Of a stretch of 64,000 nucleotides of DNA, positions 1-11,508 are shown in pieces. Position numbers and translations under genes: made by a program. A model generated the notes under the pieces. That model was not told the origin of the DNA and did no database searches. It was given only the letters and a program-made list of their open reading frames with translations. This DNA comes from Blastocystis sp. subtype 4 (Eukaryota). Every line of letters begins with the position of its first letter. Within the stretch, counting starts at the first letter, position 1. The stretch covers positions 1 through 64,000 of the forward strand of contig NW_014569544.1 in NCBI RefSeq assembly GCF_000743755.1. The letters run 5' to 3'.

Positions 1-395
1 GGCCTGGAGGTTGTTAGCAACGATCTGCTTGTACTTTCCAGTCTCAACATCCTTCTGTCTGTTCAAGAACCATTCGGGAATGTTGTACTGCAGAGGGCTT
101 GAGATAACGGCAATCAGTCTGTCGATCTCATCGTTGCTCAATTCTCCAGCACTAAACAATCATTTCATATAGAATCACCAAGTACCGCTTGCGGATATCA
201 ACTTCAGCCTTCTTGCACACAGCAGTGGCAAAACGACGACCAATACCCTTGATAGAGGTCAGAGCGTAGACAATCTTCTGCTTTCCATCGATGTTAGTGT
301 TGAGCACACGGAGAATGTGCTGGAACTCTCCCTGGTTAACAAGAGCCTAAGAAGAGGGTGAGATTGACTTCAAAAGATCATATCAAACATACCAT
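1..395 (-). CDS. RPS18: 40S ribosomal protein S18 (uS13), runs off window start; first exon is ATG only
   Basis: Spliced translation [59 protein letters not shown] introns 347-392 and ~152-184. Confidence 0.96.
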
Positions 396-536
396 ATCGA
401 AAGGTTTCCTTGTGAACTTGATTTCTGTTCATCCACACAACAAGACGGGAAAACCGCGGGAATAGCAGAATTATTCAAAGAGGGAAAGAAACACATTGTT
501 GTGCTCTTGTGAATCAGGAGGAGAGAGCCTACCTAG

Positions 537-2508
537 ATGATAGACAATTTGTATAAAACACTTCTGATGGTGTTTTGTGGTTACTCTATTCTTATACTTG
601 TTAGTATTGTGAGCATGTAATGACTGAGTCTTATTTGAATAGATTCAGCAAACAAATGCTTTAAGTCCATTGATGCACGTAGGAATTGACAGAAGGAGTT
701 ATTATTTCAGATTCCTTCCCATAATTACTCACTGATGGTTTCTTCTTTTGGGGATACTGAGTCTATTGTTGAGGTGGAGAATCATTCGAAGGAGGCTGTA
801 GATAACTCTCTGAATGTACCAGCTACAGTTTCAACTATTCGTTCGGAATCCTTATCTGAATCATCATTGACAAGCAAATTATCAAGCCCTTCAGTCCCTG
901 TAGAACAGAAGGAGTCTGATACAACGGATTTGAATTCTGTGAATTCCAAGAGTTTTCCTCCTTATCCATCTGATGCAAAGCCACTTCTTGTCTTTGCAAC
1001 AACTGTTATGGATTCAAATGTTGAGGAAAGTTGTCTCTGTCACCTTTAGGATACTGTAAAGCAAGAGCTGCAACGCAATTCGCTAACATTACTTGCTTCT
1101 CTTGCTCCTGAAGTGAAGACGGTTGTATTCGGTCAGTCTATGTACGAAGCAGAGTTCCAGTCGGTACTGCAGTTCATTCCAGATCCTGAGTAACTTCCAT
1201 TGTATCATTGTTATTATAGATGCAATCCTTTTGGTACTCCTTATTTCAAGAGTATGATGAAGAGATTGGAGTATGGAATGGAAGCAGAATTCTATGGATA
1301 TTGTAATGGAGACTTGCTTTTTCATTCGTCTCTGCTCGCAGTACTACGTATCATACTTCAGAAAATTCAAAATGAGGAACTGAAGCCTCGCGTTTGAATT
1401 AGTGCAGAAGATTATGAATAGACGTTTCTCGTAGGTCGACGAACAAATATCTTTGAACCATTTCCTTCAATGACAAAAGATCGAGCAATAAATGATGCGC
1501 TGATTGAAGAAGCTTGTAGAGATGGAGAACTATTCCAAACAGATGCTGAAGATTATTTTATTTTTACTAAGGGAACGTTCCCATGGAATAGGATAAAAAA
1601 CGTGGTTATAGGCCGTCCTGGCTATGATAACTATCTGGTAACACAAATCTTCCGATCTACTTCGTTTATATCGTTTTTGGATATAACGAATGCAGTGATA
1701 GTAGCGCATCAAACAGATGCATTAGGAACCAAAGCTGGTCATCGTCCGAGTCCTGATAAATCATGGAATCTGGATTTGATTAAATCAGATTGGCAGAAGG
1801 GGAGAACAGAATATAGCTGGTGGGTTGTAGAACAGTTCCCTCGTGATGTCTATCGGATTCAAGAACGTTATTTACGTCGGGACATTCCATGGGATGATCG
1901 TTGGTCAGGTGAAGAATGGAACATCGTACGACAATATATTCCACAAGGTGGGTCTTGCTTACAATTTGCTCGGAGTGCTTTGCATGGAGTCTTGAAACAG
2001 TATTGTAAGGAGCTAACAGTTGTGGTATATGATAATCGACAGACGAAGTAACTAGTGTTGAAAGAATGATAGATAGAACACTGATTGACCTAAAGCAGAA
2101 GGGAATTGAGGTGTTATATGGATCAGGGAAACCTAAGAGAGAGAGATATGGAGTTCAGACTATATCTAGCTCTCGCAGATTCCATGACTATTTGCATGTT
2201 TTGGATAATTCTACAAAGAAGTATGATGTATTGATTAATGATGGTCGTTGTCGTCCGCAAGTGGCCTATTTGATGCGAAGCCATTTGAAAGAGGGAGGAA
2301 TCATGATTGTTCGTGGTTCCAACTTGCCTTTGAAGAGTCATTACTCTTTCATCAATTCCTACTATACTCTTGAGAAGAAGTAGAGGATTGGTGTGTTGTT
2401 AACTCTAGTTACTCGGAATCGCTTTTTCCAAGTCGAGAATTCCATGGCGTGGCAATTTTTCGGAACAATAAGGTTTCAGAGGATATTACCCTTCCAGAAT
2501 GGTGGTAG
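537..2508 (+). CDS. Type II membrane protein, putative glycosyltransferase with C-terminal methyltransferase-like region
   Basis: N-terminal hydrophobic segment (LLMVFCGYSILILVSI), Ser-rich stalk, motifs YGYCNGDLLF, EDYFIF, VVIGRPGYDNYLV, then YDVLINDGRCR; ORFs 735, 1200, 1470 and 2066 linked by short introns; ends ...LPEWW-TAG. Confidence 0.55.
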
Positions 2509-2603
2509 TTTTATGTATTCTAGGTTGCTGTTGTTTGTTGTGTACTCGAATGTGGAAAGAATTCTTTGTTTGTGTCATATTCTAATTTAAATAGATTGAA
2601 ACA

Positions 2604-4507
2604 ATGATGAATTATCAACAGGAATCTATCAATCCTGTCTATGCGCTTCCAGGAACTAATTATCCTTCAGGGTCTTATTTATGTATTAGTATTATTCGTA
2701 GAACTGATTCTAGTCAGCAGCAACCAATTCCGCCAATTACACCCAATCCAGAAGGTCAGATGATGTCCGAACCTATTCTGGGGACACCTCAGATGGTGTA
2801 TCCTGCTTCTTTACCTATGGCAGAGGGTGCTGCAATGCAGGGATCCGTGCCTGTAGCCATTGCTTCCTCAGTTGGTGTTTCTGGCCCTGCTTCAGTAAAT
2901 GGTCCAATGTCAGCACAAGGATATGTCCCTATTTCTGCTCCAGGATATTCACCGGTTCCTATACAAGGCTATGCCGGGGATGTTGTCCCAGCTCCTGTTC
3001 CAGGATACTCTCCTGCTCCAACTCAGGGATATGTAATGGAGTATACCCCAGTACCTACTCAGAGATATGCTTCAGCACCAATGCAAATGCAACAGTATCC
3101 AGCTTCCACAATGAACTCTGGGATGTATCAGGATCCGAATCTTCCACAACAACAATCTCCTATTCCAGAATCCACACAGTCACCGAGCTCAGTTCAGTCG
3201 TTTGCAAAGGGAACTGTGAACACATTGAAGACTATAGGTACATCCGTAGGCAAAGCTTACGGGCAGTTCTGGGTTGAGATTAGTTCTTCGCCTTATCGTT
3301 AGAAAGGAGTCAACAAGACAGCTCATACAATGACAACGAAAGCCTTAGAGAAAGCGAAAAAGAAGCAGAAGACGGATTTTCCCCAATCTGATCGTTTCTA
3401 CATTCATCGGAACCCTCCATGTCCTCCTATGAACTACTTTGATGATACATTTGTGAGCATGTTTGAAGTCGCTCTCTCTTTGAAGATGCAGAATGCATTC
3501 AAGCAGAAGGATATATCCTATTAATCACCTGCATTCTATCCTTCACTTCACCCTGTTGACTATCTTAGTTCGAATTGTCCAGCATTGCATGTTGAGTATT
3601 TAGATTCAGGACGGAAGTTTATGATTGGACGAGTAGGTTCTCTTCGTGTTTATTGTATGCGTGGCACTCGAAAAATGATTGACATAATGATGGATTTGAA
3701 GGCAGTACCTAAACCTCTAGGTCCTGGTACTGTTCACAAGGGATTCTATGATCGTATGAATATGATTCTCTCTCAATTCCCATTGGACAATGCAGTTACT
3801 CGCGTCCTAATGACTGGTCATTCATTAGGCGGAGGCGCTGCCCATTGTGGGTATTTGATTCTCAAAACTCTGTATCCTTCAATTCCTGTTGTGTGTGTAA
3901 CATTTGGAGTTCCTTGCTGTGTATCTCCTGAAATAATGATGGCAATAGAAGAGCCACGGGAAATTGTGAACTTTATTGATGAGGGAGATTATATTCCTTC
4001 AATCACAATTGATAAATATACAAGTGAAAAAAGTACTAAGGGCTTATAAATAGAGCAGATCCTAGGTCTGATGAAGAGCGATACTTCTGCCAAAGACGAA
4101 TCCGAATTCAAATTTTCAGATCTGTTCTGTAGCATTGAAGTTCTAAGTACTGCTATTCAAGAACTGTGCCACTATCACCCCATGGGAGTTTACTACTATG
4201 TATGGCTTCTTGTACTCTATCATCGTAGTTACCGTTATCCCTTCCGAATTACGAAAAACATCCGATTCGATGTCGAAATGAGGAGCATTTTGACTATCTC
4301 TTTGAGTCACAGATGAATCGAAAGTTGTCGAAGTTTGTATATCATATGGTCAAATCCTATGATGAACGTGTAGTTAAATATGTCTTGGATGGAGAAGTGG
4401 TATGATATGGAATTGAGAGTGATGGGTAGCCATGGGTGAACTTTGATAAGAGTATTCGATGGCTAGATGCTGTAGAGTATAAGAAGATAGTTGAAGAAAG
4501 GAATTGA
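2604..4507 (+). CDS. Class 3 lipase with Pro/Gln/Tyr-rich N-terminus
   Basis: RGT, VHKGF, TGHSLGGG nucleophile elbow, VTFG, DYIP motifs; TGA at 4505-4507 followed by TGTTTGTT. Confidence 0.85.
3513..3551 (+). other. U12-type (minor) AT-AC intron, 39 nt
   Basis: 5' ATATCCTAT, branch-like TCCTTCAC, 3' AC; removal deletes an in-frame TAA and joins ORF 3330 to ORF 3585 in frame. Confidence 0.8.
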
Positions 4508-4626
4508 TCTTGTTTGTTTAAGTATCATGTGGTCAAACGACATGGTTTTTGTCGATCCAATCATTTGCCTTCATGGTTCCCCATTTCCACAGTCTAGTAT
4601 TTCTTTAGAAAAGACTAGTAACTACC

Positions 4627-5459
4627 ATGGTGGAGATTATGTGGCTGGGTCAAGCTTGTTTCTACATTCGCTGCAATGGAACGAGTGTAGTTTTGGATCC
4701 TTACTTCCAACAGGAGAAGGTTGGTTTTGATAAGGTGGAATGATTTACGTAGTGTCCCAATCCGATCCCTGAGTGCGTCTACGAGGCAGATTGGCTTCTT
4801 GTCTCTCATGCTCATCATGACCATATCGATGACGCTTTCCCACTGATGAGAAGGAATCCCAAGATGAGAACTAACGTAAGATAGATACCATTATGTTTAT
4901 CGATAGCTGAGTGTTGAACTTGGTGAGTACTTCTGTTGCAATGGATTTGAGGGTACGGTGTAAATCTTTGCTTTGAGTATAGATCGTGTCAGAAAGATGA
5001 ACAAGGGTGCCACTGTTCCCATGTCTGGTGGCTTTAAGGTTGCTTTCGTACATGCTGTACTATAAAGTGAACAGAACTGAGGTATAGGAGCATTCTTCGG
5101 GTATGCGTACTGAGGATGGTAGCTATGTTGGTGGAGAGGCCAATAGCTTCATTTTGTACACTCCTGATAACCATGTGATTTATTTCACTGGTGATACTGC
5201 TCTCCATGGTGACATGCAGCTGATCAACGACTTTTACAAGCCTGATATTGCCTTGATGTGTATGGGAGGAGACTTTGCTATGGGACCTGTGGAGGCTGCT
5301 TATGCTGTGGATAAGTTCTTCACCAATTGCAAGACTGTGGTTCCTATGCATTGGGGTACTCAGGGCTGTCCCGGCTATCCTCATGAGATGAAGGCTGCTA
5401 TTAAGAGAACGGACATTAACTTCCTTGAGGTTGAACCTGGCAAGTTTTACAGTCTGTAA
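4627..5459 (+). CDS. Metallo-beta-lactamase-fold metal-dependent hydrolase (UPF0173-like)
   Basis: MVEIMWLGQACF...VVLDPY, LVSHAHHDH, IYFTGDT, MGPVEAAYA, VVPMHWGT. Confidence 0.88.
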
Positions 5460-6102
5460 GGGATGAAGTGGATGTTTGTTGTGAATAACCGTGGAAGTCG
5501 CTTTTGGAATCATTTCTTTTTCTAGATTTCGGAATTCAGGTCACAGGAAGGTAAGGATAGATATAATAGGTTCTCGACGCTTTTAATAGCTTATGAAAAG
5601 GAATGTGTTCATAAGTCGCTATGGCGTCTACATTGATTGTTTCTGTCTTTAATGTTCTGATCTTCGCGTTGAATGAATGTCGTTGTATCAAGAAGAATAG
5701 TCACTAACATGGAAGTAGAGTGGGTTTTTGTTTTGTTGCAAACCATGACTCCATTTTTGGGATGTTTGTTGCATATCAACTACTCTCTTTTAGACATGAT
5801 GAACATGGAATGCACGAAAGAATGAGGAGCATTTGTGGTGTAGTATCCCGCGGGAATATCGGAGATAATGTGACCACGTTTTTCTTTTAGAATTACATAG
5901 CTGTTGTATGTATATTCGCTCTTTCTGTAAGAAATGATTTTGACCTTGTGACGAATAGGTTTGGAAGACTCAGTTCAAACAGCTATCACTTTTTTTCGTA
6001 ACCTGCCAACCCTGACTACTCTTGTTTTGTTTTTGCTTAACTCTCTAAAAATAGGTAGATTCTTTGGGTTTGGATTAGAATTAGTTGTACCTAACTGCCA
6101 GT

Positions 6103-6879
6103 ATGCAAACGCTTCCAATGACCTTTTCCGAGAGCGCGCCCTTGCTTTCTGAGCAAGGGCAATACTCTGTATCGAATGAGTGTCCATCAATCCAGCAAAC
6201 TGATTCTAGTGACCAAAAACAGAATCAGATGTTAGTTCACGAACTAGCGGGATTACACACGACGACGGAACATAAGCTTATTATTGTACCTCGTTTCTTC
6301 TTCTTTGTGAACAATGTTTCAGGAGCCCGTATTAAGTATCAGCATGGAGGCAAGGAGAAGTCTTGCCAAGATAAATTGGAAGCGATGCAATCGAGTCCTG
6401 TGAATTGTGTGTTTGAGGAGCCACGCGTTCGTCGTTTTGTGTGTCCCTATGAGAACTGTACCTATTCAACGACACGGAACAGTGATCTGAAGGTTCATAT
6501 TCGTACTCATACTGGAGAGAAACCCTATAAGTGTACTTTTCCTGGGTGTGGATATGCTTCCATTACAAAATCAATCTTGACTACGCATTTGCGAACCCAT
6601 ACGGGAGAGAAGCCGTTGAAGTGTCCTTATCCAGACTGTGGGTATCGTTCTGCTAGTCACTCCAACTTGAAGGTTCATATCCGTACCCATACGGGGGAAA
6701 AGGCCTTCCGTTGTAGCTTCCCGAATTGTTCCTTCGCTTGCAGTACGTCGAATGACCTGAAACGTCATTTGCACAACCATATAGAAGACAAAGCATTTCA
6801 TTGCAAGGTTCCTGGTTGTTCGTATGCTTGCTTCAGTCAGAGTGAACTCTTGAAGCATAAGAAGAAGCACAGTGCCTAG
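6103..6879 (+). CDS. C2H2 zinc-finger transcription factor (about 5 fingers, CX4C type)
   Basis: Repeated CPYxxC...H..HTGEKP linkers; first ATG of ORF 6085 is at ~6103. Confidence 0.92.
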   Translation: MQTLPMTFSESAPLLSEQGQYSVSNECPSIQQTDSSDQKQNQMLVHELAGLHTTTEHKLIIVPRFFFFVNNVSGARIKYQHGGKEKSCQDKLEAMQSSPVNCVFEEPRVRRFVCPYENCTYSTTRNSDLKVHIRTHTGEKPYKCTFPGCGYASITKSILTTHLRTHTGEKPLKCPYPDCGYRSASHSNLKVHIRTHTGEKAFRCSFPNCSFACSTSNDLKRHLHNHIEDKAFHCKVPGCSYACFSQSELLKHKKKHSA

Positions 6880-7011
6880 ATATTTGCGTTCCGTAGAGTG
6901 GAACTACGGCTACATAGATATTGGGTAGATGATAATGATTTCTGTTTTGAGTGGTTTTGTTCAATACTTCAATTCCGCGGTTTTGACCCCATTTTAGCAG
7001 ACTCCTTACGA

Positions 7012-8176
7012 ATGGTCCCTTCCTTCCAAAAGACGCTCATAGGGGAAGCACAGTCCGTTTTGATTTCGTTCTATGCCTGTAAGTGCTGCTAGTAGCCGTA
7101 CAAGTGGATTCCACAAATCACGCATTACCAGCAGTCGTCTATTCGGTATCTAGATACGAATGAGTAGTAAGGACTGTAGACACTGTTGTATCGGGTGGAA
7201 TTTCTGGTGTTATTTCGGAGGTAGTGGTCTTTCCTATTGATGTTCTCGCCCTGCGTATGAAAGTATCATTAAAACGAAATCCAAGCATGTTTAAGACATA
7301 TAAGAGCATTGTGTGCAATGGTAGCCGTGGAAAGGGAGTGGTCATTTGATAGAAGGACGAAGTGCTCTCTTTTCAGGAGTGGGAATTGTTCTGTTAGCAG
7401 CAATTCCTTCCAAATCACTTTTCTTTATGGGATATGAAGGTGTCAAGAGTCTTGGTGACAAATGCAAGGTTAAAAAGCTGAAACCCCTGTTCAATTTTGC
7501 TGCTGGAATGTGCAGTGAGGTCCTTTCATCGTTGGTATATGTTCCAGAAGAGGTCATCAAGTCTCGGATGATGCTAGGTCGTATTACAGATCGTAGGTTT
7601 TGATCCATATCTCCGATCGTAGGTCATTGGATGGTGGACAACTCGCATTACAAGACGTCTCTTCATGCAGCAAGAGAAATCTACAAGGTGGAGGGAATTC
7701 GCGGTTTCTACAGTGGATATTGTAGTTGTATTCTCACTGACTGCGTGAACAGTGGGTTTCAAGTTCTCTTTTATGAGGCTTTGCGAACACGGGTGATTCA
7801 TTATCGAAAGGAGAAGGGATCTGGAGAATTGAATGTATGAACAGAAAGGTAGGTTAATGCATAGTTAGGGGAAGAAATTGGTTTGGCTGCTACATCAGGC
7901 ATCTTATCGACTCTGATTTCCAATCCATTTGATTTGATTACTTGTAGGTTGATGGTACAGGACCGTAGTGGGTACAAGTTGGAGAGGGCATTGAGGAATA
8001 GAGCGAAGTATTATCATGGTATTGGCGATGTGATTACCAAGGTATATAGGAATGAAGGTATTTTCGGGTTTTACAAGGGGTTATTACCAAGAATGATGTA
8101 TGTCACACCTTTGGTTGCAATTCAATATTCTGGCTACCAGCTCATCAAAAAGTCGTTGGGAATTACTACGTATTGA
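7012..8176 (+). CDS. Mitochondrial carrier family (SLC25) protein
   Basis: Three PX[DE]XX[KR]X[RK]-like signatures (PIDVLALRM, PEEVIKSRM, PFDLITCRL) and EG..GFY motifs; start uncertain. Confidence 0.88.
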
Positions 8177-8377
8177 TATCAGAGGGAGTGATTCCGGATT
8201 GTTAGGGGGCACAGGATCGTCTTACTCTTTGTATCAACTGTAGCATAGAACTGTCTTTTATCTCTTTCTTTGTTAATATAAGCCAATATCTTTTTGATAG
8301 TGACAAATTGGCAATTGTTTCGGAGTATCCAAAAAGAGTTCCGATTTCAACAATGGTCAGAAAACACCGCTCACACG

Positions 8378-9558
8378 ATGAATAAAGAGGAAAAGCCGCG
8401 ATCAGAATCTATATCAAAGACGAAAAAGCCGGGTCCGCGACCTACTGCTTGTCTTTGGTGCAATGCTACTGACTGTAATCACTGTCGATGCACTGGGCAG
8501 GTCGGATGCAGTCACAAGAAGGGAGAAATGTGTTCTAATCCAAGATATAAGCGACGGCTAGTATGTAATTCTTGTGAAAAGAACAAGCTACGAGAGAAAC
8601 AACAGTCAAATGCTTCTCAAGCAGTAAAGCGGAAACGGGCAAGGACAGCATCAAAGAGTGCACAGAGGCGAGAGAATGCCAAAGTCTCGCATCCAAAGGA
8701 AAAGACAAATATTGTCATTCCTCAGCCATCTATAAAGAAGGAAGAAGAGGAATGTAAGGACTTGTTGAGAGTTTGAGTCATAGCGGTGACAGTGTCAATC
8801 TATCTTCAGAACACAAACTCTGTGATCTTATCCTTTTTATTGAATAGCAAAGCAACGACATTGAGTGACATCCGTCCATTCATTACGCAGCAGCTTAAGT
8901 TGAATCCCGTAGTATCGAAATTTATGTATGTGGACAATAACTGTCCGATCCCTTATGATATGGTACATGTCTTGATTGTTTATAAGTGTAGGAATCGTCC
9001 TATACGGTGTTTAAAGTAGTCCATGATGAGAGTGGAGCTCTAAGACCGATTCAGATTCGGACATTTTCTCAGCAAGTTTTGCGACCACCATGTCCTCAAG
9101 ACATTAAAACGGCTATTCCTATTTCTTGTGTGCAGACACCTCTTCCTCAAAACATGGACTATACTCCATTCTCCTCAGCAGAGCCTGAGGGACGCCTGAC
9201 AGGGGATACTCCGCTGAAACGGTTGCTGGGTCAGGCTGCAGCAAACGGTCATTTGGAGCAAGTGCTAGCCCAGCCAGGCCAAAGTCTAGATTTGGGTCTG
9301 GATGATACTCCACGAGATCTGACACCTCATAACAGTTCTATCTTTCCCTACAATAGTTATGAGAGTTTTTATTCACGGAATGGCAGTATGATTTTCCCAC
9401 CAGGATCACGACCTGGATCAATGTTATTTAATCCCTTTGGAAGCAACCAGTCGATGGAACTCAAAGAGCCTGTGCTTCCTGCTTTGGATGACATGTTTAT
9501 AAAATATATGAGCGAGAACATTGATGGTGATATTGACAAAGACGCTCCAAGTATGTAA
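8378..9558 (+). CDS. Hypothetical nuclear protein: Cys/His-rich domain, basic region, ubiquitin-like-looking middle domain
   Basis: ORFs 8294, 8786 and 9007 joined by short introns; CLWCNATDCNHCRCTGQVGCSH...CSNP...CNSC; KRKR basic patch. Confidence 0.6.
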
Positions 9559-9869
9559 AGACATGCTTGGTACAAAGATGCTATTTTTGGCTTGTTCTAG
9601 ATAGAGCACAGTACGATTATTGGTGTATCTTTAGTGTATTCTGTTTTTTATTCTGTTTGTTTGGAGAGAGGGGATAAACTGGTTAAAAGGAAGAATAATA
9701 TGGATTCCAGATTCGATCCCCTGGATTTGTGTGAAGTCGAGACATCGCAAATTCTTGATCGGTATCGAGTAGATTGTGAAGTAAGTGGTTGAGAGATCGT
9801 TTAGGTGAATTATGGAAATGATGGAGCATAGTCTCCGTCCATGAACTGAGCTAAGCAATTTGTAGAACT

Positions 9870-10261
9870 ATGTCTTATACTCCTTCCAGACTTCACGTTA
9901 AGGGTGCTATTCTTGGCTACAGAAGGTAAGAAGTGGAGATGTAGAGAGATGAGCTCATAGAAGCAAGGTCGCTCAGTATGAAAACCAGAGCCTCATCAAG
10001 ATTGAGGGAGTGAATACTGCTAAGGATGCAGAATTCTACTTTGGAAAGCGTGTTGCGTATGTCTACAAAGTAAGTGTTATTGGTTCATTAAACATGTAGG
10101 CTGAGACCATGAAGAACGGTTCTCATTATCGCTGCATCTGGGGTAAGGTTGCGAAGGCTCACGGAACCAATGGAGTTGTGCGTGTGTTCTTCCGTCACAA
10201 TCTCCCTCCTCAGTCGATGGGAAAGACTGTGCGCGTGATGCTCTATCCCAGCCGTGTGTAA
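9870..10261 (+). CDS. RPL35A: 60S ribosomal protein L35a (eL33)
   Basis: Spliced translation [38 protein letters not shown]...[24 protein letters not shown]...[10 protein letters not shown]; two GT-AG introns; missed by the ORF track. Confidence 0.96.
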
Positions 10262-10330
10262 TTGATGAAGATGGAAACACCTGATCAAGAATACTACACC
10301 TTTGACTTGTTTAGTTGGAAGAAACAATGT

Positions 10331-11463
10331 ACTCTTTCATAATCTCCACAGAACGTGCCATAAAGAACTTTTCGATATTGTCAGCACATTTATAGTAGGA
10401 CGATGATTTTTGATTATACAGTTTTGCGTTATCGACAATGAGATGTAAGTCATCCATAAACATCTTTGCCGTTGTATAATACTTGTTGTGTAATCGTGTC
10501 TTCATTGTTGACAAATCTATTCATCATTCACTAGCAATGCTCTTACCCATCGGCGTCTTGACAATTGACAAATAGTCTGTCACTTCATCTGTATTTACGG
10601 GTTGGCGGAAGGCCCACGAATCGCTGTGATCCCAGACTTCCGTCAGCAGACGACTTAGACGCTCTTGCAAACCATTTGCAGGCTTTGTCGGTTCTGTAAG
10701 AGACTCCTTGTCCCAACCAGCTTCGCGCACACCAGGAATATCTAGCGGATCGGTAATCGTTTCATCAGGCAAATGATATACTACATCTTGATGGGAACGG
10801 GATGCAGCTAGTCGATAGACAGCTTCTCGTTGACGCCCCACCAAGAGGCGAACATTCCGATAGTCCACTTGAGGAAGAAGTTGGCAACATCGAAGTGTTG
10901 CATTGTCGTAGTCTTTAATATACCCTTTCCACATCTTCTTCTCCAACAATATTGTTTCTGAAAATCCCTGCTTCTTAAAGAAACCTTTTGCATTCTCATC
11001 AGCATATGTCAACATATATCCCACACGATTCTTCAAATACTCTTTCAAGTGATTCATCAAGCGTGTTCCAAATCCCTATTGATAATCACGGATCGAATTT
11101 TCTCACATGAATTTGCTCATCGGTAGCAACCGTACAAAATACAATCTCCACGAAGTTACGATCTTCAAACAGCCGATATGTGATTCCACCAATAACACGA
11201 TTCTTTCGTAGTACCATTAAGTTCTCATGCCGTCTATCCTAAGGATCTAACACTCGTTCCTACTGATCGAACACCAAACGGATAATATATTCCTTTGGCA
11301 TACGTGGCAACTGACTGCTGACAATCATCTTAAGACCGATAAGCAAGTAATTGTTTTGATCGTGTCCATCGTTCTTAACAACGCAGAAAGTGACATCTCC
11401 CTCTCGCTCGAGGACAACTGTCTTCCCCTCCGTTGTCCGAATATCGATCATTGTCGAAACCAT
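10331..11463 (-). CDS. GCN5: Histone acetyltransferase GCN5 (GNAT + bromodomain); stop probably made by polyadenylation (genomic read-through stop at 10311)
   Basis: QLPRMPKEYIIRLVFD, LTYADENAKGFFKKQGFS, WKGYIKDYD, bromodomain SWAFRQPV...DYLSIVKTPM...NAKLYN. Confidence 0.93.
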
Positions 11464-11508
11464 AAAGATAATGACGAATAATCAACTTGGAAGATTTGTC
11501 TCTTACTC

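Noticed and set aside
2915..3075. Imperfect P-x-[PQ]-G-Y repeats in the lipase N-terminus
   Set aside because: Low-complexity protein repeat within a CDS, not a mobile element or array
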